The position numbers and the translations under genes were made by a program. Positions 29,549 through 38,214 of a stretch of DNA of 64,000 nucleotides are shown piece after piece. Within the stretch, counting starts at the first letter, position 1. Every line of letters begins with the position of its first letter. The stretch lies in the NCBI GenBank assembly GCA_021796435.1, contig JAJYXM010000016.1, positions 310,625-374,624 of the forward strand. Direction: 5' to 3'. The notes beneath the pieces are model-generated. The model worked only from the letters and a program-made list of their open reading frames with translations, was not told the DNA's origin and did not search any database. This stretch comes from a bacterium. Its GTDB lineage: Bacteria; Patescibacteriota; Patescibacteriia; 2-12-FULL-60-25.

Positions 29549-30055
29549 TCACGGCGTCACGAAGAAGCCGTCTTTCTTGGGGTCGAAGCGCTTGACCGCG
29601 ACCTCGACTTTGGCGTCGGTCGTGCGGCGCAGGCGGTTGAGCTCTTTCTTGATCGCGGTCGCGAGCTTCTTGGCGTAGGTGGCGCGCTTCGCGTGTGTCC
29701 GTTCGGGCATGTCGAAAAGGAGTTCGACGATGACGGTGGCAAGCGGATACGGGTCAGTAGGCACGCTTGGATCGTGGGGGAAGGAGCAGGTGATGCCGTC
29801 GGGCGACAGCTTCCAGAATCTGGCCGTCACCTGGATGATCACCATCTCGAGAGCGTTGCGCCAGTCGTCTGGCATGTCGTGGTGCGAATGTTCCTTGGGT
29901 TTCGGCGCGTCAGATTCACCCTCGAACCAGGGCTGAACGTTATCGTCAACCTGTGGACCGTACATCACCGGCGTGTCCATAAGTTCCGCGAGCGAAGCCG
30001 GCGGTGCATGTTCAGGTTGGCGCGGAGAGATGTTTAAGCAGACGATGTGGGGCAT
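29549..30055 (-). CDS. Hypothetical protein, paralog A; possible tautomerase-superfamily member (mature N-terminal Pro)
   Basis: Start MPHIVCLNIS is preceded by GGAGG. Shares FPHDPSVPTDPYP and KELNRLRR blocks with paralog B. The track ORF carries a spurious 107-aa upstream extension. Confidence 0.4.
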   Translation of the reverse strand: MPHIVCLNISPRQPEHAPPASLAELMDTPVMYGPQVDDNVQPWFEGESDAPKPKEHSHHDMPDDWRNALEMVIIQVTARFWKLSPDGITCSFPHDPSVPTDPYPLATVIVELLFDMPERTHAKRATYAKKLATAIKKELNRLRRTTDAKVEVAVKRFDPKKDGFFVTP

Positions 30056-30125
30056 GAGTTCCTCCGGGAAAGGTACGCGGCGATTTAAATATGGTGCAGC
30101 GGATATGTCAAACGCCGATAGATGG

Positions 30126-30154
30126 GAAAGCCGCCCCGGTGAGAGAGGGCGGCT
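30126..30154 (-). repeat. 29-nt hairpin element gaaagccgccccggtgagagagggcggct (copy 1), downstream of paralog B
   Basis: Identical 29-mer also at 30652-30680. Has an 8-bp stem agccgccc/gggcggct. Confidence 0.6.
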
Positions 30155-30170
30155 GGGTGGAGGCGGGACG

Positions 30171-30575
30171 TCAGAGCGAGGAGCGGAATCCCTCGCCGGA
30201 AACGTTGCGGGCCGTGACGCTGACCCGGGAGCCGGTTCTCTGGCGCAATCTGTCCAGTTCCTTCTCCAGGATCCTTGCCAGCGAATCGCAGAGTGCGTGG
30301 CCGTGCTGGAGCTCGGATATGGATTCGAGGTTCTCGACGTAGACTTGAGCGACGGGGTAGGGGTCGCTTGGGACATCTGGGTCGTGCGGAAACGAGACTT
30401 GGATGTCTTCCGGTTTGACCTTAAAGAGATCGGCGACGGCCGTTATGATGGTGGGCCGGAGATCTTTGCGCCAACGCGGGAGCATGTGTTTCAGATCGCC
30501 CCATCCTATGTCGTTCTGGGTCCACTCATCGGTCGGCAGACGGGATGAAATGTTCCAACAGATGACGTGCGGCAT
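30171..30575 (-). CDS. Hypothetical protein, paralog B of 29549-30055
   Basis: Start MPHVICWNIS is preceded by GGAGG. Shares FPHDPDVPSDPYP and KELDRLRQR blocks with paralog A. Confidence 0.4.
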   Translation of the reverse strand: MPHVICWNISSRLPTDEWTQNDIGWGDLKHMLPRWRKDLRPTIITAVADLFKVKPEDIQVSFPHDPDVPSDPYPVAQVYVENLESISELQHGHALCDSLARILEKELDRLRQRTGSRVSVTARNVSGEGFRSSL

Positions 30576-30651
30576 GCGAAGCCTCCTGGTGAATGAACGT
30601 GGCGATTGAAGCATTTTGAGTTGAGCATGTCAATCGCTATGCGCTAGACGA

Positions 30652-30680
30652 GAAAGCCGCCCCGGTGAGAGAGGGCGGCT
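30652..30680 (-). repeat. 29-nt hairpin element (copy 2), downstream of kptA
   Basis: Exact repeat of 30126-30154; terminator-like position. Confidence 0.6.
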
Positions 30681-30713
30681 CGTGGGAGCGCGATGAGTCA
30701 GATGGTGGCGAAG

Positions 30714-31187
30714 TCAGTCGTCCACTTGGCTGTCGATCTGTAGGATGGTCTCCACGTGCTCGCGGGCATCAGGAGAAGCGAGCTCGCTACGGTGTTCATC
30801 AACCTCGACGTCGATGAAGCCGACTATGCCTATCATGAGTGCCTCATCCCAGGCTTCGGGTAATCCCGAGAACGAGAAGACCCAGCCGTCGATAGTACGG
30901 ATGGCCCCGCCCCACCGGTCAAGCGCAGGGTCACGACTTTGCCAGCTGGTACGATGCCCAGGATGAGCATGAAGACGAAGAGCTTTCTCGGCGGAAAGAT
31001 GCTTGTAGCGCTCGTCCTTTTCTGAAGAGGTTTTTCCGATCCGTTGGTGGATGAAAACTTCACCATCGGGGCGGAGGATGCAAAGCCATCCGCCTTTCCT
31101 ATGGCGATCTTTCGTCTCAAGGTGGGAATTGATGAGGTGCAGGAATAAGGTGACCGAATCGCGGATGTCTGCCTGTTCGGGCGTCAT
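30714..31187 (-). CDS. kptA: RNA 2'-phosphotransferase, KptA/Tpt1 family
   Basis: ERYKHLSAEKALRLHAHPGH aligns to the E. coli KptA region [23 protein letters not shown]. GGW and GLPEAW also match KptA (REGW, GLPFW). Start taken at the MTPEQ codon preceded by GGAGG; the track ORF has a 69-aa upstream extension. Confidence 0.55.
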   Translation of the reverse strand: MTPEQADIRDSVTLFLHLINSHLETKDRHRKGGWLCILRPDGEVFIHQRIGKTSSEKDERYKHLSAEKALRLHAHPGHRTSWQSRDPALDRWGGAIRTIDGWVFSFSGLPEAWDEALMIGIVGFIDVEVDEHRSELASPDAREHVETILQIDSQVDD

Positions 31188-31301
31188 GAGTGCCTCCAAG
31201 GTTCGTTTTGCTGCTTCATTCAAGCATATCAAATGGTAAAGGACAATTTTTAACCTTTGGTTAGTTTTGGTTTGGTGCAGAATGTGCAAGAATGTATCCA
31301 T

Positions 31302-32051
31302 ATGATCAAACGCGCCATCATATTGGCCGGAGGGCAGGGGACGAGGTTGCGTCCCGTGACTTTGGAGACGCCCAAGCCGCTCGTGACCGTGCAAGGCACG
31401 CCTATCGCGACGTGGCTTCTGCAGCTATTCGCGAAGCATGGTGTTGAAGATGTGACTGTCATCTATCCGACGGCGTGGAAAAATAAATTTGAGGAGTGGG
31501 GAGAAAGCGTACCGCATACTTCGTACCGCGTACCGCGGATAGAACTTCATGAAGAAAGAGAACCGATGGGGACCATGGGGGCGTTGGTGCATGAGGTGGA
31601 TTTGGGAGACGCGCCGGTGTTCGTCACGAATGGTGACGAACTCAAAGGACTTGATCTGGCGCGCTTATCAGGATTCCATGAGGAGCAGAAGAGAGCTGAT
31701 CCGCAGCATGCTGCGACGATAGCTTTGGTGCGCGTTCCGAATCCGTCGGAATACGGCGTGGCGGAAATGGACGGTCATAGGATCGTACGATTCCATGAGA
31801 AACCGGCGATACCGCCTTCGACCCTGATCTCTTCCGGACTTTACGTCATCGAGCCGGATGTTTTGAAAGAAACCGTAGGGGCGAATAATCATTCGCCACT
31901 ACCTAAGTTCCTGATGTTCGAAAAAGATCTGTTTCCTCAGCTGGCGGAACAGCGCCGTCTTGCAGGTTGTCAACTTGAAGGGCAGTGGTACGACTGCGGG
32001 ACTCTCGAGCGTTGGGAGAAGGCGATCAAGGAGTGGCAGGGCCTCGCCTAA
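31302..32051 (+). CDS. Sugar-phosphate nucleotidyltransferase (NDP-sugar pyrophosphorylase family)
   Basis: AIILAGGQGTRLRPVT NTP-transferase motif; start taken at MIKRAIIL. Confidence 0.7.
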   Translation: MIKRAIILAGGQGTRLRPVTLETPKPLVTVQGTPIATWLLQLFAKHGVEDVTVIYPTAWKNKFEEWGESVPHTSYRVPRIELHEEREPMGTMGALVHEVDLGDAPVFVTNGDELKGLDLARLSGFHEEQKRADPQHAATIALVRVPNPSEYGVAEMDGHRIVRFHEKPAIPPSTLISSGLYVIEPDVLKETVGANNHSPLPKFLMFEKDLFPQLAEQRRLAGCQLEGQWYDCGTLERWEKAIKEWQGLA

Positions 32052-32079
32052 GTGCGGTTTTGTTTGTATCATCTTAGCC

Positions 32080-33309
32080 ATGTCATCGAACCTCGCTCCT
32101 TGGTGGAAAAGGATTTTTTCTGCGCACAGTATCCAGAAGATAGATCGATATAGCTTGGAGATCGTCACGACTCCGGCCGAGTTGGCGTTGCAGGACCAGT
32201 TGCCTTTGGAGATCAGATACGTGTTGGCGCTCAAGCCATCGCGCTTCGAGACTTTAAGGGAGATGTTGGAGGCGGGCTATGGCATCGCTGTAAGATCGAT
32301 GGACTGCACGCCTGAACGTCTGCTCTTGGCTATCGACAGGATATCCCGTTTCACCCAGTACAATACGATAGTGCCTTGGTTGCCTAACCTGCTGCGTAAC
32401 GAAGAACTTCCGGTGTTCAGCGAACGCGAGCTACGCGAAGCGGAGGAGCAGGGGGTGAACCTGTATGAAGAAGCGAAGTCCATCCTGGAGCAACGCTTCG
32501 AGTTCAAGAGGATCGTACTGGTGGATCTGCACAACAGATGCATCAACGAAACGCAGCGGCAGTCGATGTACGAGATCAACCAAGACCTTTTTCCGTTGGC
32601 CATAGATGCCATCGTGCACCGGGTGGTCTTCGACAACGCACACTCCCGGACGGAGATAGCGCAGACTTTGATCAAGGCGTTGATCATCATCGGTCCGATC
32701 GCGCATATCTTGGAACATACGCTGACCGGCTTGGGTAAGATCTTTGCTGCGAGTTCCGACGATCTGTTGGCGGAGTTGGCGGAGCTTTTTGCTTTGCGCG
32801 GTTCGGGATTCACCTGGCGGCAACTGCTCAAGCGTTCGCGTCTGTTGATTCCGGTATTCATCTTGGCGACATATGCCGTCTTCCAGGTCGAGCCCTTGTT
32901 GCACGCAGGAAAGCCGATCACTGCGGGCATCCTGTTCGGATTTTCGGCGGTCGCGCTGTCGCTCGTCACGGCTATCCAGTCGATTTTCATGTTCCGCAGT
33001 TCCTATGTCGCGTTATGCGCAGAAAAGAAGATGGTGCTGAAGACGGGGGAGTCGCTTTTGCGTTGGGCTTTCAGACAGGACTTCTTGAATCCCGCGCGGC
33101 TGGGGTTGTTCATCGGTGCCGCATGCTCTCCTGTGCTTGCCGCTTTGGTCTTCAGTTTTTTCCCCGAGCTGTCGAAAAACGGCTGGATTTTGGCCGGTTT
33201 GGGCTCGGTAGAATCGATTGTCGCAGGTTTGGCGGTATATAACGCAAAATTCGTCGAAAAAGCCTGGTTCAGGCATAAGATACTGGGCAGGATGAGAAGG
33301 ATGGCGTAA
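32080..33309 (+). CDS. Hypothetical membrane protein (cytoplasmic N-domain, multi-TM C-domain)
   Basis: Start taken at MSSNLAPWW. Several C-terminal hydrophobic helices. Confidence 0.45.
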   Translation: MSSNLAPWWKRIFSAHSIQKIDRYSLEIVTTPAELALQDQLPLEIRYVLALKPSRFETLREMLEAGYGIAVRSMDCTPERLLLAIDRISRFTQYNTIVPWLPNLLRNEELPVFSERELREAEEQGVNLYEEAKSILEQRFEFKRIVLVDLHNRCINETQRQSMYEINQDLFPLAIDAIVHRVVFDNAHSRTEIAQTLIKALIIIGPIAHILEHTLTGLGKIFAASSDDLLAELAELFALRGSGFTWRQLLKRSRLLIPVFILATYAVFQVEPLLHAGKPITAGILFGFSAVALSLVTAIQSIFMFRSSYVALCAEKKMVLKTGESLLRWAFRQDFLNPARLGLFIGAACSPVLAALVFSFFPELSKNGWILAGLGSVESIVAGLAVYNAKFVEKAWFRHKILGRMRRMA

Positions 33310-33381
33310 ACCTTAAATTGAACCTATAATATCTTTCACGCCTACTCGACAGACGTCTAAATAAAGGTTAATGTAACCAAC

Positions 33382-33987
33382 ATGAATAATCCATTTTCGC
33401 GTAAAAATGCAGAAACTGGCGACAAGAAGGCAGCTGGTTTTACCGTAGGCCTGGTGATCGAGTTCGTGCAGGTATTGGCCATATCTTTGGCCATCATCAT
33501 TCCGGTGCGCTATTTCCTGATCCAACCGTTTTACGTGAAAGGCGCTTCGATGGAGCCGAGCTTCTGGGATCATGAATATCTGATCATCGACGAACTAAGC
33601 TATCGGTTCACTACCCCTGAACGCGGCGACATAGTCGTCTTCCGTTACCCCAACGATCCGAAGCAGTTCTTCATCAAACGCGTCATCGGATTGCCGGGCG
33701 AGACGGTGGAGATAGCCGGCGGACAGATCAAGATATACAACGACAAGAACCCCAACGGCGCGGTCTTGGACGAGACGTCGTATCTGGATCAGGACTATAC
33801 GACCATGACGCGGACCGTGACCCTGAAAGCGGATGAGTATTACGTCTTGGGCGACAACCGCATCGCAAGTTTGGATTCGCGTCTGTTCGGACCGATCAAG
33901 AAAGACGCGATTGTAGGACGCGTGTGGCTGCGCGGTTGGCCGCCGGAACGCTGGAAGGTGTTCGCCGAGCAGAACTACGCCCTCTAA
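33382..33987 (+). CDS. lepB: Signal peptidase I
   Basis: GASMEPSF catalytic Ser box, GLPGETVEI and GDNRIASLDSR boxes. Confidence 0.85.
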   Translation: MNNPFSRKNAETGDKKAAGFTVGLVIEFVQVLAISLAIIIPVRYFLIQPFYVKGASMEPSFWDHEYLIIDELSYRFTTPERGDIVVFRYPNDPKQFFIKRVIGLPGETVEIAGGQIKIYNDKNPNGAVLDETSYLDQDYTTMTRTVTLKADEYYVLGDNRIASLDSRLFGPIKKDAIVGRVWLRGWPPERWKVFAEQNYAL

Positions 33988-33998
33988 CGAAAAATATT

Positions 33999-35348
33999 AT
34001 GCCAAAAATGAAGAAAACACCTACCAAGGAGAAACCTAAAGAGAACAAGAAGACTGAACCGACGAAAAAAACGGTTTCCCCGATCAACCTGCTGCGAGGC
34101 ATGAGGGATATTTTGCCTGTAGATCAGCCGGTGTGGGACAGGATCCGTGACGGCGCGCGTCAGCTTGCCTCGTCTTATGGTTTCGAACGGATTGATACGC
34201 CGATTATGGAAGAGACGGGGCTGTTCATCCGCGGCATCGGCAAACAGACGGATATCGTGGAAAAGGAAATGTACAGCTTCGAGACACCGGGCGGAGAGAA
34301 AGTCACGTTGCGCCCGGAAGGTACGGCCTCGGTGATGCGCGCCTACATACAGCACGGCATGTTGAACCTGCCGCAGCCGGTGAAACTTTGGTATCTAGGT
34401 CCGATGTTCCGCCACGATCGTCCGCAGCATGGACGCTATCGCCAGCTGCATCAGTTCGGTTGCGAGATACTGGGCGACGCAAATCCGGTGGCGGATGCGC
34501 AGTTGGTGCATTTAGGCTATCAGCAGCTCAAGGATCTGGGCATCGAATCGACGGTGCAGATAAATTCGATCGGTACTCCGGAAGCGCGTAAGAATTATCG
34601 CGATGCGTTGCAGGCATTTTTCCGTTCACGCCGCAGTAAGCTTTCGGATGAAGACAAGAAGCGTCTGCAGAAGAATCCGTTGCGTATCTTGGACTCCAAG
34701 GATCCGGTTGTCGTCGAGATGAAAGCCGAAGCTCCGCAGATCATCGATTGGCTCGACGAGGAGTCCAAAGCGCACTTCATGAAAGTGCTCGAGATGCTGG
34801 ACGAGATGAACGTGCCGTATCAGTTAAATCCTTATCTGGTGCGCGGGTTGGATTATTACACCAAGACAGTCTGGGAATACTATGCGAATTCAGCCGATCA
34901 GGATCTGGCGCAGTCGGCCTTGGGCGGCGGCGGACGATATGACGGTTTGGCCGAGCTGTTGGGCGGTCGTGCGACTCCAGCGGTGGGTCTGGCGATGGGG
35001 ATGGATCGCATGGCTAACTTATTGAAGGAGCAGGGCTCGGGATCAGCTACCGAAGCGGCGGAGATATTCGTGGCCCAATTGGGCGACCAAGGACGCAAGA
35101 AAGCTTTGGCCATCTTCGAGGAATTGAGGAAAGCAGGTATACCGGCGTTCGAGGCTTTCTCCAAGGATTCGATCAAGGCGCAGATGGAGATGGCGAACAA
35201 GAAAGAGGTGAAATTCGCGATCATCATCGGGCAAAAGGAGGTACTGGACGGCACGGCAGTCATCCGCGACATGGAGTCGGGGACCCAGGAAATCGTCGAT
35301 GCGCTCAAGATAGTGCAGGAAATCAAGAAGAAGCTGGGCCGAGCGTAG
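33999..35348 (+). CDS. hisS: Histidyl-tRNA synthetase with Lys-rich N-terminal extension
   Basis: Class II aaRS motifs (MRDILPVD, FRHDRPQHGRYRQLHQFGCEILG, GGGRYDGL). N-terminal about 28-aa KxK-rich segment. Confidence 0.9.
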   Translation: MPKMKKTPTKEKPKENKKTEPTKKTVSPINLLRGMRDILPVDQPVWDRIRDGARQLASSYGFERIDTPIMEETGLFIRGIGKQTDIVEKEMYSFETPGGEKVTLRPEGTASVMRAYIQHGMLNLPQPVKLWYLGPMFRHDRPQHGRYRQLHQFGCEILGDANPVADAQLVHLGYQQLKDLGIESTVQINSIGTPEARKNYRDALQAFFRSRRSKLSDEDKKRLQKNPLRILDSKDPVVVEMKAEAPQIIDWLDEESKAHFMKVLEMLDEMNVPYQLNPYLVRGLDYYTKTVWEYYANSADQDLAQSALGGGGRYDGLAELLGGRATPAVGLAMGMDRMANLLKEQGSGSATEAAEIFVAQLGDQGRKKALAIFEELRKAGIPAFEAFSKDSIKAQMEMANKKEVKFAIIIGQKEVLDGTAVIRDMESGTQEIVDALKIVQEIKKKLGRA

Positions 35349-35364
35349 GGATTTGACGTAACCA

Positions 35365-35393
35365 TTGACTTTTTTAGGGTTTTTGAATAAAAT
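35365..35393 (+). promoter_or_regulatory. Candidate sigma-70 promoter of rpsU-yqeY (TTGACT, 17 nt spacer, TAAAAT)
   Basis: Hexamers at 35365-35370 and 35388-35393 with an exact 17-nt spacer. An aaggaagg SD lies before the rpsU ATG. Confidence 0.5.
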
Positions 35394-35444
35394 CCAACGG
35401 TCGAAATAATCAGTAATCCTATTTAAGAAAGGAAGGTGTTCCCC

Positions 35445-35690
35445 ATGGGTGAAGTCAAAAAGAGAAAAGGCGAGGCTTTTGACGCATTGTTGCGCAGATT
35501 CACGCGTCACTTGCAGTCCAGCGGCAAGATACTGCAAGCCAAGAAGAACAGGTTCAAGACCAAGAAAGCCAGTCGCAACAAACGACGGGAGAGCGCACTA
35601 TATCGCGAAGAAAAACGCGAGACATACGACTACCAAATAAAGACCGGACAGATCAAGGAAGACGCTTTCAAGCGACGTAAGCGTAGATAA
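35445..35690 (+). CDS. rpsU: 30S ribosomal protein S21 with basic C-terminal extension
   Basis: GEVKKRKGEAFDALLRRF resembles the S21 N-terminus (ENEPFDVALRRFKR). Confidence 0.8.
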   Translation: MGEVKKRKGEAFDALLRRFTRHLQSSGKILQAKKNRFKTKKASRNKRRESALYREEKRETYDYQIKTGQIKEDAFKRRKRR

Positions 35691-35697
35691 AAATTCC

Positions 35698-36141
35698 ATG
35701 ACTATACATCAACAGATCGAGGAAGATTTGAAGGCTGCGATGAAAGCCCACGACGAGTTGCGTCTTTCGACGCTGCGTCTGGTTCGTTCGGCCTTCAAGA
35801 ACAAAGAGATCGACAGCGGCAAGGAATTGTCCGACCAAGACGCCGTAGCCGTCATGCGCACCATGCTCAAGCAGTATAAAGACGCATTGAACGATTTCAC
35901 TACTGCCGGGAGGACCGATTTGGCCGAAAGGCAGACCAAGGAAATCGGGATAATCGAAGGCTATCTTCCGCAGCAGATGGGCGAGGCGCAGGTCGAAGAG
36001 GTCTGTAAGTCGGTGATCGGCGAAATGAACGCCACGCTCTCGGATGCAGGAAAGGTCATGGGAGCGGTCATGAAACGTCTGGCTGGCCAAGCCGATGGAG
36101 CCATGGTCAAGCAAGTCGTCGAGAGACTGTTGAAAGGTTGA
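35698..36141 (+). CDS. yqeY: GatB/YqeY-domain protein
   Basis: YqeY family similarity; conserved rpsU-yqeY adjacency. Confidence 0.8.
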   Translation: MTIHQQIEEDLKAAMKAHDELRLSTLRLVRSAFKNKEIDSGKELSDQDAVAVMRTMLKQYKDALNDFTTAGRTDLAERQTKEIGIIEGYLPQQMGEAQVEEVCKSVIGEMNATLSDAGKVMGAVMKRLAGQADGAMVKQVVERLLKG

Positions 36142-36150
36142 TAGAACAAA

Positions 36151-36186
36151 AAAACAAAAAACCCGGTCCGCCGGGTTTTTTGTTTG
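36151..36186 (+). terminator. Bidirectional rho-independent terminator after yqeY
   Basis: aaaaaa-cccgg-tccg-ccggg-tttttt. Confidence 0.8.
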
Positions 36187-36291
36187 TGGATAGGGGTAAA
36201 AGAGGGGATGGAATTTTGACCCGTATGGCCCATTTCGATCCATCTCTAACAGTTCTTGGGTTTGAGATCCTTTCCGTTTATTGCCTTTCTG

Positions 36292-36323
36292 TTTGTTTGT
36301 GCTTTTGTGGTGTATAATTAGCC
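36292..36323 (+). promoter_or_regulatory. Candidate promoter of the giant-protein locus (extended -10 TGgTGTATAAT; 18 nt to ATG)
   Basis: tgtggtgTATAATt at 36306-36319 and a weak -35. The very short leader has no SD. Confidence 0.4.
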
Positions 36324-36336
36324 CATAATACTCGCC

Positions 36337-38214
36337 ATGCAAAAAAATAGAGCGTTCCTCTTTTCATTTTTGAAAACTGCCACCGGACGGGTGCTGTTTT
36401 TCGCCCTCATAAGCGCCGTGGTCGTGACTCTCTTGCCGGTAGAAATCAGGGCACAGACTGACGTCGGGGTCAATAACGTCCAGCAGGTAGCGAATACGGC
36501 CGGCTTGGCTGGAGGGTCGGATTTGATAACCATCATCGGGAGGATAATCAACATCTTCTTAGGCTTCTTAGGGTTGGTGTTCTTGGTGTTGATGCTTTAC
36601 GCCGGATTCACCTGGATGACCGCGGCGGGTGATGCGGATAAGATCAAGAAAGCGCAGGGGACCATCCGTAATGCGATCATCGGTCTGGTCATCATAGCTT
36701 CGGCTTGGGCGATAACATCGTTCATCCTCGGCATTTTCGCAGGACAGGGTTTGGGCGGCATCGGTGGTGGAGGACCTAGCGGGCCGTTGGCGCCATTCTC
36801 TTCAGCGCCAGGTTCGGCTTGCTTGGGCAAGGGGATAATCGAGACGCATCTGCCGGACAGGAACTCTACCGGTATACCGAGGAATTCGCCGATTATCATA
36901 ACGTTCAAGGAGCCGATGAAGCCTGACACGATAATGAAGGGGTGGACGGATGCCACGAGCAATACCCAGATGGAATGGCCCTTGGAGGATAAGAACGTGC
37001 TCATCTATCGGACGGTGCAGGGTCAGGATGCGGCCATGGGATCGGACCAGATAAAGGTCAGATATACCAAGGATCTGAAGACGTTCGTCTTCAAACCGGC
37101 TGATTATTTGGGGAGCCCGACCGAGAAGATCGGCTATACCGTAGTTTTAAAAGGAAGCAAGAACGGTATCCTGAAGGCAGACGGTTCTCCTGCTCTGACT
37201 TGTTCACCGAACAATGAATATTCCTGGCAATTCGAGGTGTCGACAGTGCTTGATCTCACTCCGCCTTATGTGACTGCGGTCATCCCGCCGGCTGAAGGAC
37301 TATACGCGAGGAATATCATAGTGATGTTGAATTTCAATAAAGCCATGGATCCGACCGCGTCACAGGGTACGACGGCTGACGGTTTCCAGAATATCGAGAT
37401 TTTGGCTACGCCTAACGGGCAGACTGTAGGCATCCCGGTAACCGGAGAATTCAAGATCGTCAACCAGTACAGGACAGTCGAATTCGTGAGCGACGCGAAG
37501 TGCGGAACGAATTCATGCGGACGCGACGTCTATTGTTTGCCGGGCAATGCACAGATCCAAGTCAACGCCAAAGCTGGGACGTTGGATGGTCCAGGGCCGC
37601 AAGCCGTATTCACGACCAATGGTTATGACGGCTTGGTAAGCGTCGTCGGGAATTCTTTGGATGGCGACCACAACGACAAGGCGGAAGGTCCGCCGGGAGA
37701 TAATTATCAGTGGTCTTTCGGAACCTCGAATGACATCAAGCTATCACCGCCGGTGATCGTCAGCACGACGCCTGATTCAGACCCGAATACCGGTAAGAAT
37801 TCCAACGTATCATTGGACATGCCGATAACGGCGCTTTTCGATTCTTTCCTTCAGGCATCTACATTGAATTCGGATAACGTATACGTGGATGCCCATGGGA
37901 CTACCGAGCAACCGGATACTTTCTGGTGGACCGTCGGCATGAAGCTGGTCAAGAACGACGGGTCGGACATCGATACTACGACCGTACCGCCGGAAAAGCC
38001 GGAAGTCAGCGCGCTGACCATAGATCATCGGCCGTTCCAGCCGTCAGGAGTATTCCCGAACCTGAATTATTATGATCCATACATCACTTCCGGGGTGCAG
38101 GACGCTTATCAGAACTGTTTCGTACCGGCACGAAAATGCGGTGCAGGGAGCGGCGCCAATTGTTGCAAATTCCAACCCAACTCTGAAGTGTGCAAGAAAA
38201 TATTAAATCCATGA
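36337..38214 (+). CDS. Surface protein with signal peptide + TrbC/VirB2-pilin-like double-TM N-module, Gly linker and Ig-like domains
   Basis: The N-terminal 140 aa are about 55% identical to the N-terminus of the next gene. Hydrophobic helices IINIFLGFLGLVFLVLMLYAGFTWMTAAGD and NAIIGLVIIASAWAIT. TGA overlaps the ATG of the next gene (ATGA). Confidence 0.7.
   Translation: MQKNRAFLFSFLKTATGRVLFFALISAVVVTLLPVEIRAQTDVGVNNVQQVANTAGLAGGSDLITIIGRIINIFLGFLGLVFLVLMLYAGFTWMTAAGDADKIKKAQGTIRNAIIGLVIIASAWAITSFILGIFAGQGLGGIGGGGPSGPLAPFSSAPGSACLGKGIIETHLPDRNSTGIPRNSPIIITFKEPMKPDTIMKGWTDATSNTQMEWPLEDKNVLIYRTVQGQDAAMGSDQIKVRYTKDLKTFVFKPADYLGSPTEKIGYTVVLKGSKNGILKADGSPALTCSPNNEYSWQFEVSTVLDLTPPYVTAVIPPAEGLYARNIIVMLNFNKAMDPTASQGTTADGFQNIEILATPNGQTVGIPVTGEFKIVNQYRTVEFVSDAKCGTNSCGRDVYCLPGNAQIQVNAKAGTLDGPGPQAVFTTNGYDGLVSVVGNSLDGDHNDKAEGPPGDNYQWSFGTSNDIKLSPPVIVSTTPDSDPNTGKNSNVSLDMPITALFDSFLQASTLNSDNVYVDAHGTTEQPDTFWWTVGMKLVKNDGSDIDTTTVPPEKPEVSALTIDHRPFQPSGVFPNLNYYDPYITSGVQDAYQNCFVPARKCGAGSGANCCKFQPNSEVCKKILNP

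Noticed and set aside
35668-36342. 224-aa minus-strand ORF
   Set aside because: Lies antisense across the confident yqeY gene and its terminator. High-GC antisense frames stay open by chance. No family resemblance.
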